A stretch of 63,422 nt of DNA, filler included, from Olpidium bornovanus S191 (Eukaryota > Fungi > Olpidiomycota), in NCBI GenBank assembly GCA_017911155.1. It is 29 parts of 29 records of this genome, joined end to end, with 100 filler letters (N's around TTAATTAATTAA, not from the genome) between each part and the next. Parts side by side here need not be neighbours in the genome. Positions count along the whole stretch, not along the records: positions 22,118 to 24,475 come from JAEFCI010003125.1; positions 24,576 to 25,965 come from JAEFCI010006156.1; positions 26,066 to 28,388 come from JAEFCI010009791.1; positions 28,489 to 30,520 come from JAEFCI010008258.1; positions 30,621 to 31,818 come from JAEFCI010005913.1; positions 31,919 to 33,040 come from JAEFCI010011232.1; positions 33,141 to 35,319 come from JAEFCI010008020.1; positions 35,420 to 36,524 come from JAEFCI010001670.1; 21 more parts are not named here. The stretch is one strand, 5' to 3'. Position 1 is the stretch's first letter. Each line of letters begins with the position of its first letter. A program made the position numbers and the translations under genes. Shown piece by piece: positions 24,361 to 36,076 of the stretch. The notes beneath the pieces were generated by a model that had not been told where the DNA came from, ran no database searches, and worked only from the letters and a program-made list of their open reading frames with translations.

Positions 24361-24575
24361 ATTCTCAGACTAGCAGAAAAGGCTCACCCCCCGTCGTGTG
24401 GGCGGTTGGGGCAGTTTTACGACCTGCCGAGGTCGCGTCCCGGACTTGTCGAGTGCCGGAGGCAGTTTTTCGACCNNNNNNNNNNNNNNNNNNNNNNNNN
24501 NNNNNNNNNNNNNNNNNNNTTAATTAATTAANNNNNNNNNNNNNNNNNNNNNNNNNNNNNNNNNNNNNNNNNNNN

Positions 24576-24800
24576 CATCATTTCTCCTAGGCACACCATT
24601 TCCCCTTCTTATTACTCCTTCATATATGCGCGTTCTGAGTACTTAGAAACTAAACAGGGCTGATATTTTGGGTGCTTGGAAAACTCTCATTCATGCGTCG
24701 CACACATATTTTTCGTGTAGTTCAGTTTTTCCCTACTCTAAAACACCTCCACCTCACCACGGAGAATAAACACAAAACAAACACAACGGGTTATGACCCC
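24576..24800 (+). mobile_element. 3' part of a 5' LTR plus half-tRNA-iMet primer-binding site (copia-type)
   Basis: AT-rich segment with TATAT (about 24622) and AATAAA (about 24766), ending ...ACACAACG directly before GGTTATGACCCC (24789-24800). That is an 11/12 match to GGTTATGAGCCC, the complement of the tRNA-iMet anticodon arm. Confidence 0.7.
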
Positions 24801-25119
24801 AAGTCGGACCTGACGGCGAAGCTCCCCTGCCGCCGCGGCCGCCGCCCGCCGGCACCGCGCCGCCGCCGCGCGCCCATCGCCGCGCAACCGCCGCCGCCAC
24901 CGCCGCGCAACCGCCGCACGCTGCTGCCGCCGCCGCCGTGCGCCCATCGCCGCGCAACCGCCGCCGCCGCGTACCCGCCATCGCCGCGCGCTTCGCCGTC
25001 ACCGCACCCCGCGCTTCGCCTTCGCCAGTTTTTTCGCGCACTCTCCGGCTGGTTCTATCCATTTTTCACTCGTCAAAACACGCAGGCCAAATCGCGTTGC
25101 GTCCCTTCTACCGTCGCAA

Positions 25120-25965
25120 CAAGCACGCCAACGGTATGATCGCCTCCACACGGTCCAAGACTTCTCTACGACGCCTTCACGAGCAAATGGAACAGCCCTA
25201 GGTGGACGCGAGGGTTGCGTCGGACACAGAGAGGGGCAGCGAACTTGACGTTGCCAAGCGGCTTGAGAAGGTCGGTATAAACTCACATGCCACACAGAAT
25301 TCGCGTGTTTTCGGGAAACCACCCGACAATTTCAAAGGAAGAAACAGAAGAGGACTCCCAGCGCAGGTTCGGCATCGGCTGACGGTTACCCCTCCCGCAG
25401 CAAGGCCGTGCTGCAGCCCGGAAAGGGGCAGGGAGGGGTCCGAAAGGACAAAGGAGCCGTTGGCCATGCCAACTGGCAAGACTTGGTGGGTTCTTCATAC
25501 CACAGTGAATACTCCGTTAACAAGGAAGCGAGAACCTCCGATAATGCTCTCTCTTCCGTCGCGCCCAACGACACTGATCTAGAACAAGTCAGGAACAGGA
25601 GGAAACGCCGTCACAACTCACGGCTGAAGTGTCGCAAAGACAAAAACACGCATAAGTTGACTACCTCCAACGAACCCGATACCGACTCAGAGGATGAAGC
25701 AGAACGCCTCCGCCGCAGACGCCTCCGCCGCAGACGCCGCCGCCACCGTGAACGAAGGCGTCATACAACCAGCTCTTCCTCAAGTTCGCCGTCATCTGAC
25801 GAAGACCGCAAGCTGTCACACCGGAGTTCTCGTCGATGTTGACACGGGACTCAGAACGACGACAAAGCACTGCGCAAGAAATTGCTGGACACCGTACCAA
25901 AGTACGACGGGACCGGAGGAGCAGCATGCGTGAATCTTTTCATCGAGAAGTTCGAGATGTACATG
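25120..25965 (+). mobile_element. Disrupted gag-like region of a retroelement
   Basis: KPPDNFKGRN, a low-complexity R/S block, then after an in-frame TGA (25840-25842) KKLLDTVPKYDGTGGAACVNLFIEKFEMYM, which resembles the retrotransposon gag P.(F/Y)DG...F..(K)FE pattern. Confidence 0.5.
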
Positions 25966-28497
25966 NNNNNNNNNNNNNNNNNNNNNNNNNNNNNNNNNNN
26001 NNNNNNNNNTTAATTAATTAANNNNNNNNNNNNNNNNNNNNNNNNNNNNNNNNNNNNNNNNNNNNCCGTGCTTACCGGGGGCTCCGCCGGAGGGCATCTC
26101 TTTACCACAGGGGGGGGGGGGGGGGGGGGCGGTGACACGGCTTGGGCCACATTAACCCCGAGAAAATGGCTAAATGTTTTCGCCGAGATGACGGGCAGCT
26201 GTTCTGAAATATCGCGCAAAGGGCGTCGGACGCGAGCGCAGAGTCAATTTTGCGGGGGGTGGAGGGAGGGGCTGGAGACGCAGGACGGGTGAGCTGCGGC
26301 GAAGGGTTTGACACGTTTCGGGCGGCGTTTACAACAGTGGGAGCGGCCTCAGTCCCACGACCCGACGCGGACAAAACTGCACCCTACGAACGCCGACAAG
26401 TCGGCGCCGAGGGCCGCTGCAGCTGGGTCAGAGGACCCAGGTAGCCCACCCCCCAACCGGCCGCAGCTGAGGCACATCCGCGCGGTCCTGGATTTTCCCG
26501 CTTTCGTAGGGGGGTGTCCCTCAGCAGCCGCCGCTGCCGCTGCCGCCAAGCCGAGCCGGGCGCGCGGACGGTGCACTGATGAGTGCAAACCTTGCAGGAT
26601 AGCTGCAGAATCCCCCTGCACCTCTCCCGAGTCACAAACGAGAAGAAGCTCGCTATTTCACCAAAAGCGCTCCCTTGAATGGAAGTGGACCGTGGGACAT
26701 GGATCCCAATTTTATATCCCTATCCCTCGAGGGAGGAGGAAATGTTGTAACGCCTTTAGCAAGCGCTCTCGACCACGTTATCAAATCTGCCAATTTGCCT
26801 TGAACGGGCGCCGCACACGTAAATTCCGGCCCTCCATTGCAGACGCAAACAACCAAAAGAAAGAAAAAATAGATTCCGCCTCGTACCCTATTCATCGTTG
26901 GCTTTGCGCGTTGCCCCGTGGCTCCGTACTTCTGCCAGTTAGTGGACAGTACCGGGCGCGTCGCCGCCTTCGCCACATTCCGATGTCCCAAATTGTCCAG
27001 TCAGCATGGGCGCGTCGCCCTCAGAAAAAAAAATAATTCCGGCTCCATCCTCCTGAAACCTCACTCCCCGCACGTGTCGGCTCTCATGGTCGGCAGGTTT
27101 TGTCCTCGGAAAGGTTGAACCGTCCAACATGAACGACAAAAGTTGCATTCCCGCCTTTTCACCTGCGGCGCCGAGCTGCGGCGACAGCACCAAGGAGGTT
27201 GTCTCAACTCGGCTGCGAAACGCCAGCCTGAAAGCGAGGCGGAAAGAACAAAGCAGCGCAGCCGGAGCGCGGTCGTTCGTGGTGATTTCGCCCCCTTTTC
27301 CGGGAGCCGAATACGCAGAGAGGGAAATTCACGGTTCGCGCGCCCGCATCGCCCTGCAAGTGGCCTTTCCCTGGCGGCGACCTCAGCCCTCCGTGGAGTG
27401 AGACCGTCTTCGCCTCCACACCTCTTCCCGCACACCCCACGCTTGCTGCCGCCCCGTCCGCGTCAGCCGCGTTGGAAGACGGATGACCTCTTCTGGGGAA
27501 TTACCACGCAAAGGCCGAATCAAGATGCTCCAACGACGGGCAAGGTGCAAACAGAACGAGCCATGCCAGAAAGGGGCGCCATCGGTTTCCCTGCCATAAT
27601 CCCTGCTCTCCACGGCGTTTCTACTACCGTCCGGCTTGCTCGCGTTGTCACTGTTGCTGCCGGTTGCCTAAGCCGGCTTGCTTTTTGCCTGCTGGTGGAG
27701 GAGCAAAAGCTGGTGCCCTGTAGTTGCGGCCGCTTCTGCCGTTGGCGGCTCGTACAGCATCCTTGATTCCCGGCCCAGCGTGCCGACCAACCAACACAAC
27801 TTGCGCGATGCCGGTTCACCCGGGGCCGCGTCGAAGTCGTTCACCCTACTACAGTGCCCTGCTTCAGTTTCTACCGCTGTTGCTGACGGCTGCATCAGGC
27901 GCGAACGGTGGATGCTGGGTAATATGCCTAACTCGCCGCAAAGCCCCGTTCGGAGGTCAGAGGGGTAGGGAGGTCAGAAAGTGTTCCGAGAAAAATTTCC
28001 TATTCGCGCGGGAAAGGAAAATTCCGGGTCGTGCGCGCCGGAATTTTTTTTTTTTTTTTTTTGGATGCGTCCGGAACCGAAGTTTGCCCTTCATATTGTC
28101 CGCCGCGGAAAAAAAAAATTGACGAATGCGGGAGCCGGAATTTTAATTGCGCCGGAATTCAAATTTCGTGCCGTATCTTCCGCTCAGCGGTTTGCCCTGT
28201 TATCCGCCGCACAGACTGCTCCCCAGTCCGACAAAACTCCCGTTCGCCGTTTTCGAAGCGCAGTCTGCATGGGAACGCATTCAGGCATTGAGTTCGTTGT
28301 TGGCTTTCTGGGCCGTCAGCAGTCCGATCCTCGTCAAGCCAATTGGGACACCGAGATGCGCGCTTTGCAGTACCAGCAGACTACGGCANNNNNNNNNNNN
28401 NNNNNNNNNNNNNNNNNNNNNNNNNNNNNNNNTTAATTAATTAANNNNNNNNNNNNNNNNNNNNNNNNNNNNNNNNNNNNNNNNNNNNCCCCGCGCG

Positions 28498-28528
<31 letters not shown>

Positions 28529-28599
28529 ACCCCCCCCCCCCCCCCCCGGCCGAAAAAACCCCGAATCTCGTCGCGTTCGGGCCTCGCCGGTCCGCAGGG

Positions 28600-29950
28600 A
28601 CTTTCCGCTCACGTTCTGCAGAAAGGTCCGACGTGAACGACGACGCCTGCGGGTGCTCCGGGGCCGGCTGCGCCGAATGCGGCAGCGGCTCTTGGCCCTG
28701 TTCCAGGCCGCTCTTCTGCGCTGCCGTCACCATCCACGCGAACCGCAGCCGGAGAAGGCTCGGAAACGACTTGATGTGCAGGACCTGCGTCTCGACGCGT
28801 CTCCTCTGCGAAGGCACTACGTAGCTCAGGAAGGACGTCCCGACCGTAGTCTCCGGGTTGAGACCGAGCACCATCGAGGATGACACGTAGAGGATGGTCA
28901 GCGTGAGCGTGTAGCGGTTCAGGATCATCGCGACCCGCGGTTCCGGCGTCACCGGCGAAATTGAGGGGAGCGGTCCGGCGAGCTGATCGCGGAGGTGCGA
29001 TAACTTCGTGTTCCAGTTCTTGCGGGGAATTGTCGGAGAAAAAAAAAAAAGAGTCAGACAGCGAGTGCTAATAGAAATTATTTCGAGTGAGGGACGGAGT
29101 GGGGGGAGGGGGGGGGGGGGGGGGGGGGGGGGGAATTCATCCGCAAGCCGTCGAAACATACCAGAAAGCGGATGTTCCCTTCCAGATCGATGTCAATGCA
29201 TTCTTCCGCGGTGCTCTCGCGGTCTGCGCGGGGAGGAGCGTTCGCGTCGCTTTTGTCACAATTTTGTTTCTTTTTTCCAGAAATCACAAGACGCGAGAGG
29301 AGCCAAAATGGAAAGCCGCCAATTTTCGAAGCGGCCTCCCGCAACTTGCGCTAAGAAACGCGGCGGGTGCGGTTCTGGCGCCACGAGAGGTCGAAAACGC
29401 CGCGGAGTCCGGGGGACCCGTCGCGGCTGCGTGGGCGCCCGCATCGTCCCTGGCCCGGCAGAAGCGGGGGGCCCTCCATAGCCGGAGGGGGAAGGAGGAG
29501 GGGGAGGCCCGGGCGCCCGCAAGGCCGCCACTCACGTAATTCGCGTTCGCCGTCCGGGTTCCGCAGTGCAACCGTAGAGATGCAAATGTCCCCGCACAGG
29601 CAGCTTGTCGAAGCTATCGGGACAATTTCGCCGCTCTTTGTCCGGAAATGGTAACGAATGACGATCCCGGCGAACTCCGTGTTCAACGCTAGGAGCCAGA
29701 GACGATGCACGGCCGTGACCTGCGCCGGGTGCGGCAGGTCGGCGCCGGATAAGCCTGCCGAGGAGCGAAGGGAACATCAAACCTCCGCCAAGCGCAGGAC
29801 GCTCGGATCGTTCTCCCGTTTCGTGATCTGAAAGGAGACACGCCGACCTATGCGTTCCTCTGGCAAGTAGCCCAGCACATCCTCGACAGACGGGGAGACG
29901 AAGAGACATTTACACGCGCGGCTGTCGACCGTGATGTAAGACAGATCCAT
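28600..29950 (-). CDS. Fungal tandem PAS-like domain protein (partial)
   Basis: MDLSYITVDSRACKCLFVSPSVEDVLGYLPEERIG | GIVIRYHFRTKSGEIVPIASTSCLCGDICIS | EPRVAMILNRYTLTLTILYVSSSMVLGLNPETTVGTSFLSYV...LRLRFAW. The EPR.A.ILNR(F/Y)T..LTI.Y motif marks a conserved fungal PAS-like family. Confidence 0.7.
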
Positions 29951-30400
29951 ATACGGCGAGCGCGGCACCTATCAGGCAGGTGGGAGGGTGTGAAAGGGGA
30001 GGGGGGGGGGGGGGGGGGGAGGGGGGGGGGGGGGGGGGGAGATGCGAACGTGGGGGGCACGGGAATGTCACGACAAACGTCAGAGCAGATCGAAGGGCGG
30101 CGATGATCCTTTTTCCGCCGGGGGGGCAGACCTGGCTCGCATCGGCGCGGGCGACGCCTCTGTCGAGGGAGAGCGACATGGCTGCGCTCGGTCTTTCAAT
30201 CGGGAAAGCCGGGGAAGGGGAGGGAAAAGGCCGAGGCGCGGGAGGCCCGGCTTTTCCGCGCGCGCGCGCGCGCCTTTATGCGGTGGGGGACACTTGGAGC
30301 GCGGCGGCCGGGCCGCGCGGAGGGGGGAAAAGGGGGAGAAGACGGGTGGAGGGGGTGGTGGATTTTTTTTTTTTTTTTTTCCTTCCCTGTCGAAGAAAAG

Positions 30401-30438
<38 letters not shown>

Positions 30439-30473
30439 CCCCCGGGCCCCCCCCCCCCCCACCCCCCCCACCC

Positions 30474-30520
<47 letters not shown>

Positions 30521-30620
30521 NNNNNNNNNNNNNNNNNNNNNNNNNNNNNNNNNNNNNNNNNNNNTTAATTAATTAANNNNNNNNNNNNNNNNNNNNNNNN
30601 NNNNNNNNNNNNNNNNNNNN

Positions 30621-31080
30621 CTCTCCTGTGACGTTCCCTGAGCGCCTTCACGGAGTCCTTGACTGTCCTTGACCGCCTTGAGGTCGTGGACGCAGTCGTG
30701 CTCCGCATGCGTTGTACGCCTAGAGGGGTGTACGGTGGCGTGGTGCTTTCGCCCGCTCTTCCTTCCATGGTTGCTTCTCTCCTTTCCGTGGTTCTGCTTC
30801 GGACGGAGTTGAGGCGGTAGTTCTCTTCTTCGGAGTTGCGGGAGTCGCGGGTTGGGCTCATAACCTGAACGATGGACGTGAACCAAAGGAGACAAAGGAA
30901 GACTCGTGCACAATGGAGGGGACCAAGGAGGGAGGGCGGCGGAGACGGCGGACGCCGGGCGGCGGAGGCCGCACGGCGCGGTTCGGAACGCTGTAGAGTT
31001 TCTACAAGCTTCTGGCTTGTTTTGTATGGCGTCGGCGTGCGGGATTTACAGGGGGAAGAAAGGAGGGATGATTCCCGCAG
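30621..31080 (-). mobile_element. Copia-type LTR end, half-tRNA-iMet PBS and start of a gag-like ORF
   Basis: The minus strand reads ...TCGTTCA|GGTTATGAGCCC (PBS = 30854-30865, a perfect complement of tRNA-iMet GGGCUCAUAACC; LTR-terminal CA at 30866-30867). An ORF MSPTRDSRNSEEE... starts inside the PBS. The upstream LTR boundary is not defined. Confidence 0.65.
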
Positions 31081-32102
31081 GAGTCTGCGCCACCGTCTAC
31101 TTCCGGCCCCCCTTTTTCCAACAACTCCCCTCCCGCCCCGGTGCCGGCGAGCCGGAGAGTAGTGGACGGCAACACGTCGAACCGGGGGGAGGGGGGGAGG
31201 GGGAGAAACGCGGGCCCGTCCGCGTTTCCGCCGTTCGAAGGGGAACCCCCCCCCCCCCACGAACCGCCGGGCGGACCCGCGCGGACCTCGGCCGCGCGCG
31301 CCTGTGCGACCCCAGCTGCCAGACTCCCCGCCTCCGACGTCGAAGACGCGCGCGCCGGCGCGGTCGAGCGGAACCGAGGCCGCAGCAAACGGCCCCGTTC
31401 CACCCCCCGACGCGCGACCTTTCGCCCGTCGCCTGGCCGGCTCCCGCCCGGGATCGCCAAGAGTTGTCGGCTTCGATCCCCGCGCGGTGTCAAGTCCGGC
31501 CACGACCCCATCGGTGGCTGACAGTCGGGCGTTGCCTCTTCGGCCCGCCGCCGACGGGTTTTGAGGCCGCGGAGGCGTCGCGCGTTCTGTTTGCGCGGGT
31601 TGTTTTTGTTTCGCGATAGCCCGCCGTGGGATCCCCTTTTGCAGGGTACAGATCTTGCGCAACTACGTCTCCCCTTCTGCATGATCGTTTGCGCCTCATG
31701 CCCCACCCACCGCACTTCCGCCCCGGTCAAGGGCTGGCGTAAGGAATTTGGCCCCGCGGGCCTCTGAGCGAGTCGGAAGTTGTTTGGTTGAATTGGCGGC
31801 CTGGCAGGGGACGCAGAGNNNNNNNNNNNNNNNNNNNNNNNNNNNNNNNNNNNNNNNNNNNNTTAATTAATTAANNNNNNNNNNNNNNNNNNNNNNNNNN
31901 NNNNNNNNNNNNNNNNNNGATGGTTCCCCCCCACACACCCCAAACGCGCAGAGGAGAGAGAGAGAGAGAGAGAGACTCGGACGGGGAAAGGGGGGCGGAT
32001 ATGGCGACGGGGTGCGCGGCGGAACAACCGCCTGCGGCCAGCGGCGCGCGCGAACACCCCGGACACGCGCAGCCCGTGTGCGAGCTGGCGGCTCCTCCCG
32101 AA

Positions 32103-33040
32103 ATGGCCGAGCCGGACGCGGCCCTTAAGATGGACGACGTCTTGACGTGAGTCCCTCCGCGTTTCGCGTGGACGTTTGCGTGAGCGCGATCTGGCCTCGC
32201 GCAAAAGCCGCTCCTCACCGGTCGCATTTCGCCCTCCATCCACGCGCGCTCGCGCGACCGGAACACAGCGACACCCTTGTGGACGGGCTGTTCCTCCCGT
32301 TCCGGACTCGGAAATTCTCCGAGGTTTGCGCGAACGCGAGCCTCTGGACGAACGACAGCCGCACCTCTGTCCTGGAAATCATCAGGCAGAAGGTTTTCCC
32401 CGGGGACCTCGACGGGGCGGCGTTCGACTTCCTCCAGAGGTGTGCTTCCCCCGCGGCAACCGACGGCGTCGATTGGGTGCCGCCCAGACTGCGTGAACTC
32501 GGGCTTACGTATTTGTCTTGATGTTGCAGGATTCCCGCCGTACTGGAGTACGTGCAGAAGAATCTGAGCGAGAAAGTCGAGGACTTCTGCATGTAAGTTG
32601 CCACCTCTTGACCACTCGACGTTTTATAACCTTGGACCTATGCCGCACGTACCGACGACTTGCTCGTATCTTTCTAGGCACACAAAGAGGTATTTCAGCC
32701 TGTACCTCCCCAACGCTGGCTTCGAGGTCGGCCAGACCTTTCGATACGACCCCGCCAAGGCCGAGGCGTGTCTTCTCGCCACCAAGGACTTCGCCGTTGG
32801 CGAAGTAATCTCGCTCTGCACCGGCACGCTCGCGTACGTGTCTAGCGATCAGGAAAACGCCCTCACGGGCTCACAGCAGGACTTCAGTGTCATGTACAGC
32901 TCGAAAACCAGACGCATGGGGGTGATGACCGGGCCGGCTCGATTTGCTAACGTGAGGATTTTTTTGCGAACATCCGTGGTGTTTGCTGTTGGCTGCAGCT
33001 GACGTCCTCCAGGATCCCGTTTTGCATTACCGAAGCATGA
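32103..33040 (+). CDS. SET9: Histone H4K20 methyltransferase Set9/KMT5 (3' truncated)
   Basis: DDVLT|DTLVDGLFLPFRTRK...RYFSLYLPNAGFEVGQTFRY...EACLLATKDFAVGEVISLCTGTLA...QDFSVMYSSKTRRMGVMTGPARFAN|HD, the SUV4-20/Set9 SET domain. Confidence 0.92.
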
Positions 33041-33140
33041 NNNNNNNNNNNNNNNNNNNNNNNNNNNNNNNNNNNNNNNNNNNNTTAATTAATTAANNNN
33101 NNNNNNNNNNNNNNNNNNNNNNNNNNNNNNNNNNNNNNNN

Positions 33141-34685
33141 CATGTCCATCCAGAGGAGCCAGTCGTAATGCGGGAGCAGCTTCTCGACGACGTCGATCTT
33201 GCCCCACACGAACTTGCGCGGAGGCGAGCGCGCCGCCTGCTGCGCGAACTCGGCCGACCGAGCGACGAAGGCGTACCCGTGGCGCGCGGCGTACGACCGC
33301 TTGTTCTCCGCGGCGGCCACGCCCGCCTCCACCATGCACGGGTCGCCGTGTATGTAGCTGCTCGTGACCACCGCGATGCTCAGCTTCGCCGGGGCCGCCG
33401 CCGTCGGCGCGCTCGTTTGGACCGCCGCGGGCCCGCCCGGTCGCCCCAGCGGCCGCCGGCACACCGGGACCGGCCGCGGTCCGCCCGAACGTCCAACGAG
33501 CGAGAGAAGCTCCTCGTCCTGGTACACCCCGGCGACGGCCAGCGAGCGTTCGAAAAAAGGGTCCAGGCGGTTTCTCCACGCGGCGAACCGGCGGTCGTGG
33601 ACCACGTTAAGCTTCGTGCGCTCGCCCGATTCCGGCCGCGACAGGATGAAAGAGTCCCAGAGGTCCTCCGGCGGGCCTTCGTCCGCCGCGACCGCCATCG
33701 CCCGTAGCAACCGCGCCCACGACGCGAGCATCCGAATTGTCTGGTAACCGACCACAAACGTGCGCGCCGCGCCGACGCCGAACATCTCTGCGCCTGCCGC
33801 GAACCCCCAGAGAAGGTAAGCCGACTGCTCTCCGCTGAGGGGGACGGCGAATTCCGGATAGGATATGTTCTTCGCGTGCAAGTTTTCCAGAATGCGGTCC
33901 AGGCGCAAAAATGTGAGGTCGTCTGTTACTATCGCGTGGTCGTACGAACGGGGGTGCGCGGGCTCACCGGCCCTTGCTACCTGTCATTTCGGAGGCAGCG
34001 GCCTGTCAATCACGGCCAACTTCGAAACACGCCCATTTCGTTCGTGGGTCGGGATGCGCACCCATTCGGCAACGGCGGCCTGGCGCTCCAGGATATTGGC
34101 GCCAGTCGAATTCCTGTCTCCCTCAAGCCAGACTGTCTCAAGCTGCACGATGTCGTCGTGTTCCATGAGGTCCACCCTATAGTGTCTCTCCTCGTCGAAC
34201 GACAGCTTGGCCTGCGCGGGCAGGCTTCTCTGCGGCTCGCCAAAGACCAGAAACTTGTACCGCACGGGCCCCGCCTGTGCGAGACATGGTCGCAGGTTGT
34301 CGTTCACGCCGAAAAGCAGGCGCCGGATCTGCCGCCTTCGCGCGACGTGGCGCTTGCGTGAGGCGATGGCCACCAGGACCGGCCTGCGCCCGTCCGGAGG
34401 GCCCTCTGCGAACTCCGCGCCGGGAACGACGTCTTCGCGGGGTCCGCCGTCTGCGAGCCGAGCCCCGGCGAACAAACTGTACTCCTGCTGCTGTTCGCCC
34501 CTTCCAAGACACGGCGCGCGCACCTCGGTCGCCGCGGGGTTCCACCCCTGGCGCAGGAAAATCGCCGCGCAGAAGAAGATGGTCAGCAGGCACGCACAGC
34601 CTGCCGCCGCAGTGGCCCCGAGTGGGCGGCCGGCCGTCGTTATCGGCAAGCGCATCTTTCCGCGTCCTGCTTCCCCTCCTTCCAT
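33141..34685 (-). CDS. Type II membrane glycosyltransferase: GT31-like domain fused to GT34 (GMA12/MNN10) domain (3' truncated)
   Basis: N-terminal TM segment (CACLLTIFFCAAIFL), then VLVAIASRKRHVARRRQIR...EHDDIVQL...YDHAIVTDDLTFLRLDRI (GT31-like), then IAVVTSSY...AAENKRSYAARHGY...WGKIDVVEKLLPHYDWLLWMDM (GT34). One probable 81-nt intron (gtgcgc...tgacag) spans the TGA at 33984-33986. Confidence 0.8.
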
Positions 34686-35419
34686 CTGGAGGTGTGGGGT
34701 GTGGGCGGGCAGCCCGGCTCGTTTCTTTTGTGCCGCCCAACCCGGGCGTTTTCCAGGCGCGAGGGCGTAGGGACCTCACCGGCTGATGCGGCGAGATTCG
34801 GCCGGAATCCCGCCGCCACTCACGAGTTGACGGTGCAGCTGACGCCATCCTTCGTCGGCCGCCGAACTGCCGTCCACCCGCAGCCGACAAAGGCCGACGT
34901 CGATTAAACGGCTGCCGTTGACGGTCGCACCAGCTGGTGGGCGAGGTGTGGTCGGCGGTCGTCGATATTCAAGCGCATCCTGTCGCCGAACGACCTGCCG
35001 ACCACAGTCGAGCGTGATCGACGAGCTGCAGTCGAATCGTCAATTCTTCGGCGGCCGCTGCCGACGACGGATCCATCGACGAGCTACAGTTGCGGCAGCC
35101 ACGAGGAACCAAAGATGCTACAAACGCAACAACGTGCAAGACCATTCTGGATTCCTTCAGCGAACCCATGTTTGACCATGGAGCCGCATCAGCACCCGCA
35201 TGAACAACCCACTGCTTAGGTTGAGAGTCTGCGCAGCTCAACCGCGCAAGTGAATTTGAAATCTTCGCGACATCTCAGCGCAAAAGGTCCGCTCCGCACA
35301 GTTCGCGTTTCCTCCTGCCNNNNNNNNNNNNNNNNNNNNNNNNNNNNNNNNNNNNNNNNNNNNTTAATTAATTAANNNNNNNNNNNNNNNNNNNNNNNNN
35401 NNNNNNNNNNNNNNNNNNN

Positions 35420-36076
35420 CATGAGCTGGAGCACCGGAATCTCCAGAGGGAAGTTGAAGGTCGTAATGAGGACCGCGGGGCCGTACGGCCAGCGAAGGCC
35501 CTGGGACCGCTGGCCTAGGTGATTGCCTGGTACGTTGAAGCCCCTGGCGCAGAAACGCACATTGTCGCCGCAGAAGTTCTCCAAGAAGTTAAGGGTGACC
35601 CGGACCTCGGACATAGCCTGGTCGTAGCTCTTGGGACAACACCGTTGTACGGTGCGGGCAAAAAAATCGAGCACCTACAAAACAGAGGAAAGCACATGAG
35701 GTTTCCAAGGAGAAAGCTTGTATTTCGCGAGAAAAAGATCGCAGCGCCCTCGTTGAAGACGAGTAACCCCCATACCTCAGGCTTGCGCATTTCTATGACG
35801 AGCTTCGTAGTTACGTCGCCCCAGAAGACATAGCGTTCCGGTTTCTTGAAAGGATTGTGCAGGCCCGACTTGGGACACAAATTGAGGCTCTTGACCCATG
35901 GGGCCAGCTCATCCTCTTTTAAGAGGGGAAAGTAGCAAAGCGCCTCGCCGTTCAAAGGATCTGGGATGATGAGAGACGTCTCTTTGCTGGCAGGCTGCCA
36001 CTTCCCGCCGAGGAGCGAATGGATCTGGAACACGTCCTTGCCGGACTGTGCTTTGGGGTCGTAGGTCGCCCACGGA
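35420..36076 (-). CDS. ALDH12A1: ALDH12-family (plant-type P5C/glutamate-semialdehyde dehydrogenase) fragment
   Basis: PWATYDP...IPDPLNGE...CPKSGLHNPFKKPERYVFWGDV...KPE | VLDFFARTVQRCCPKSYDQAMSEVRVTLNFLENFCGDNVRFCARGFNVPGNHLGQRSQGLRWPYGPAVLITTFNFPLEIPVLQLM. These motifs are diagnostic of ALDH12. Intron at 35675-35775. Confidence 0.9.

Noticed and set aside
26066-28388. ORFs 26308-27036 and 27143-27766
   Set aside because: No recognisable motif or consistent exon chain. Open frames of this length are expected at this GC content.
33984-33986. In-frame TGA between the GT31-like and GT34 ORFs, suggesting readthrough or selenocysteine
   Set aside because: It falls inside a plausible 81-nt in-frame intron (gtgcgc...tgacag) using a donor type common in this genome.
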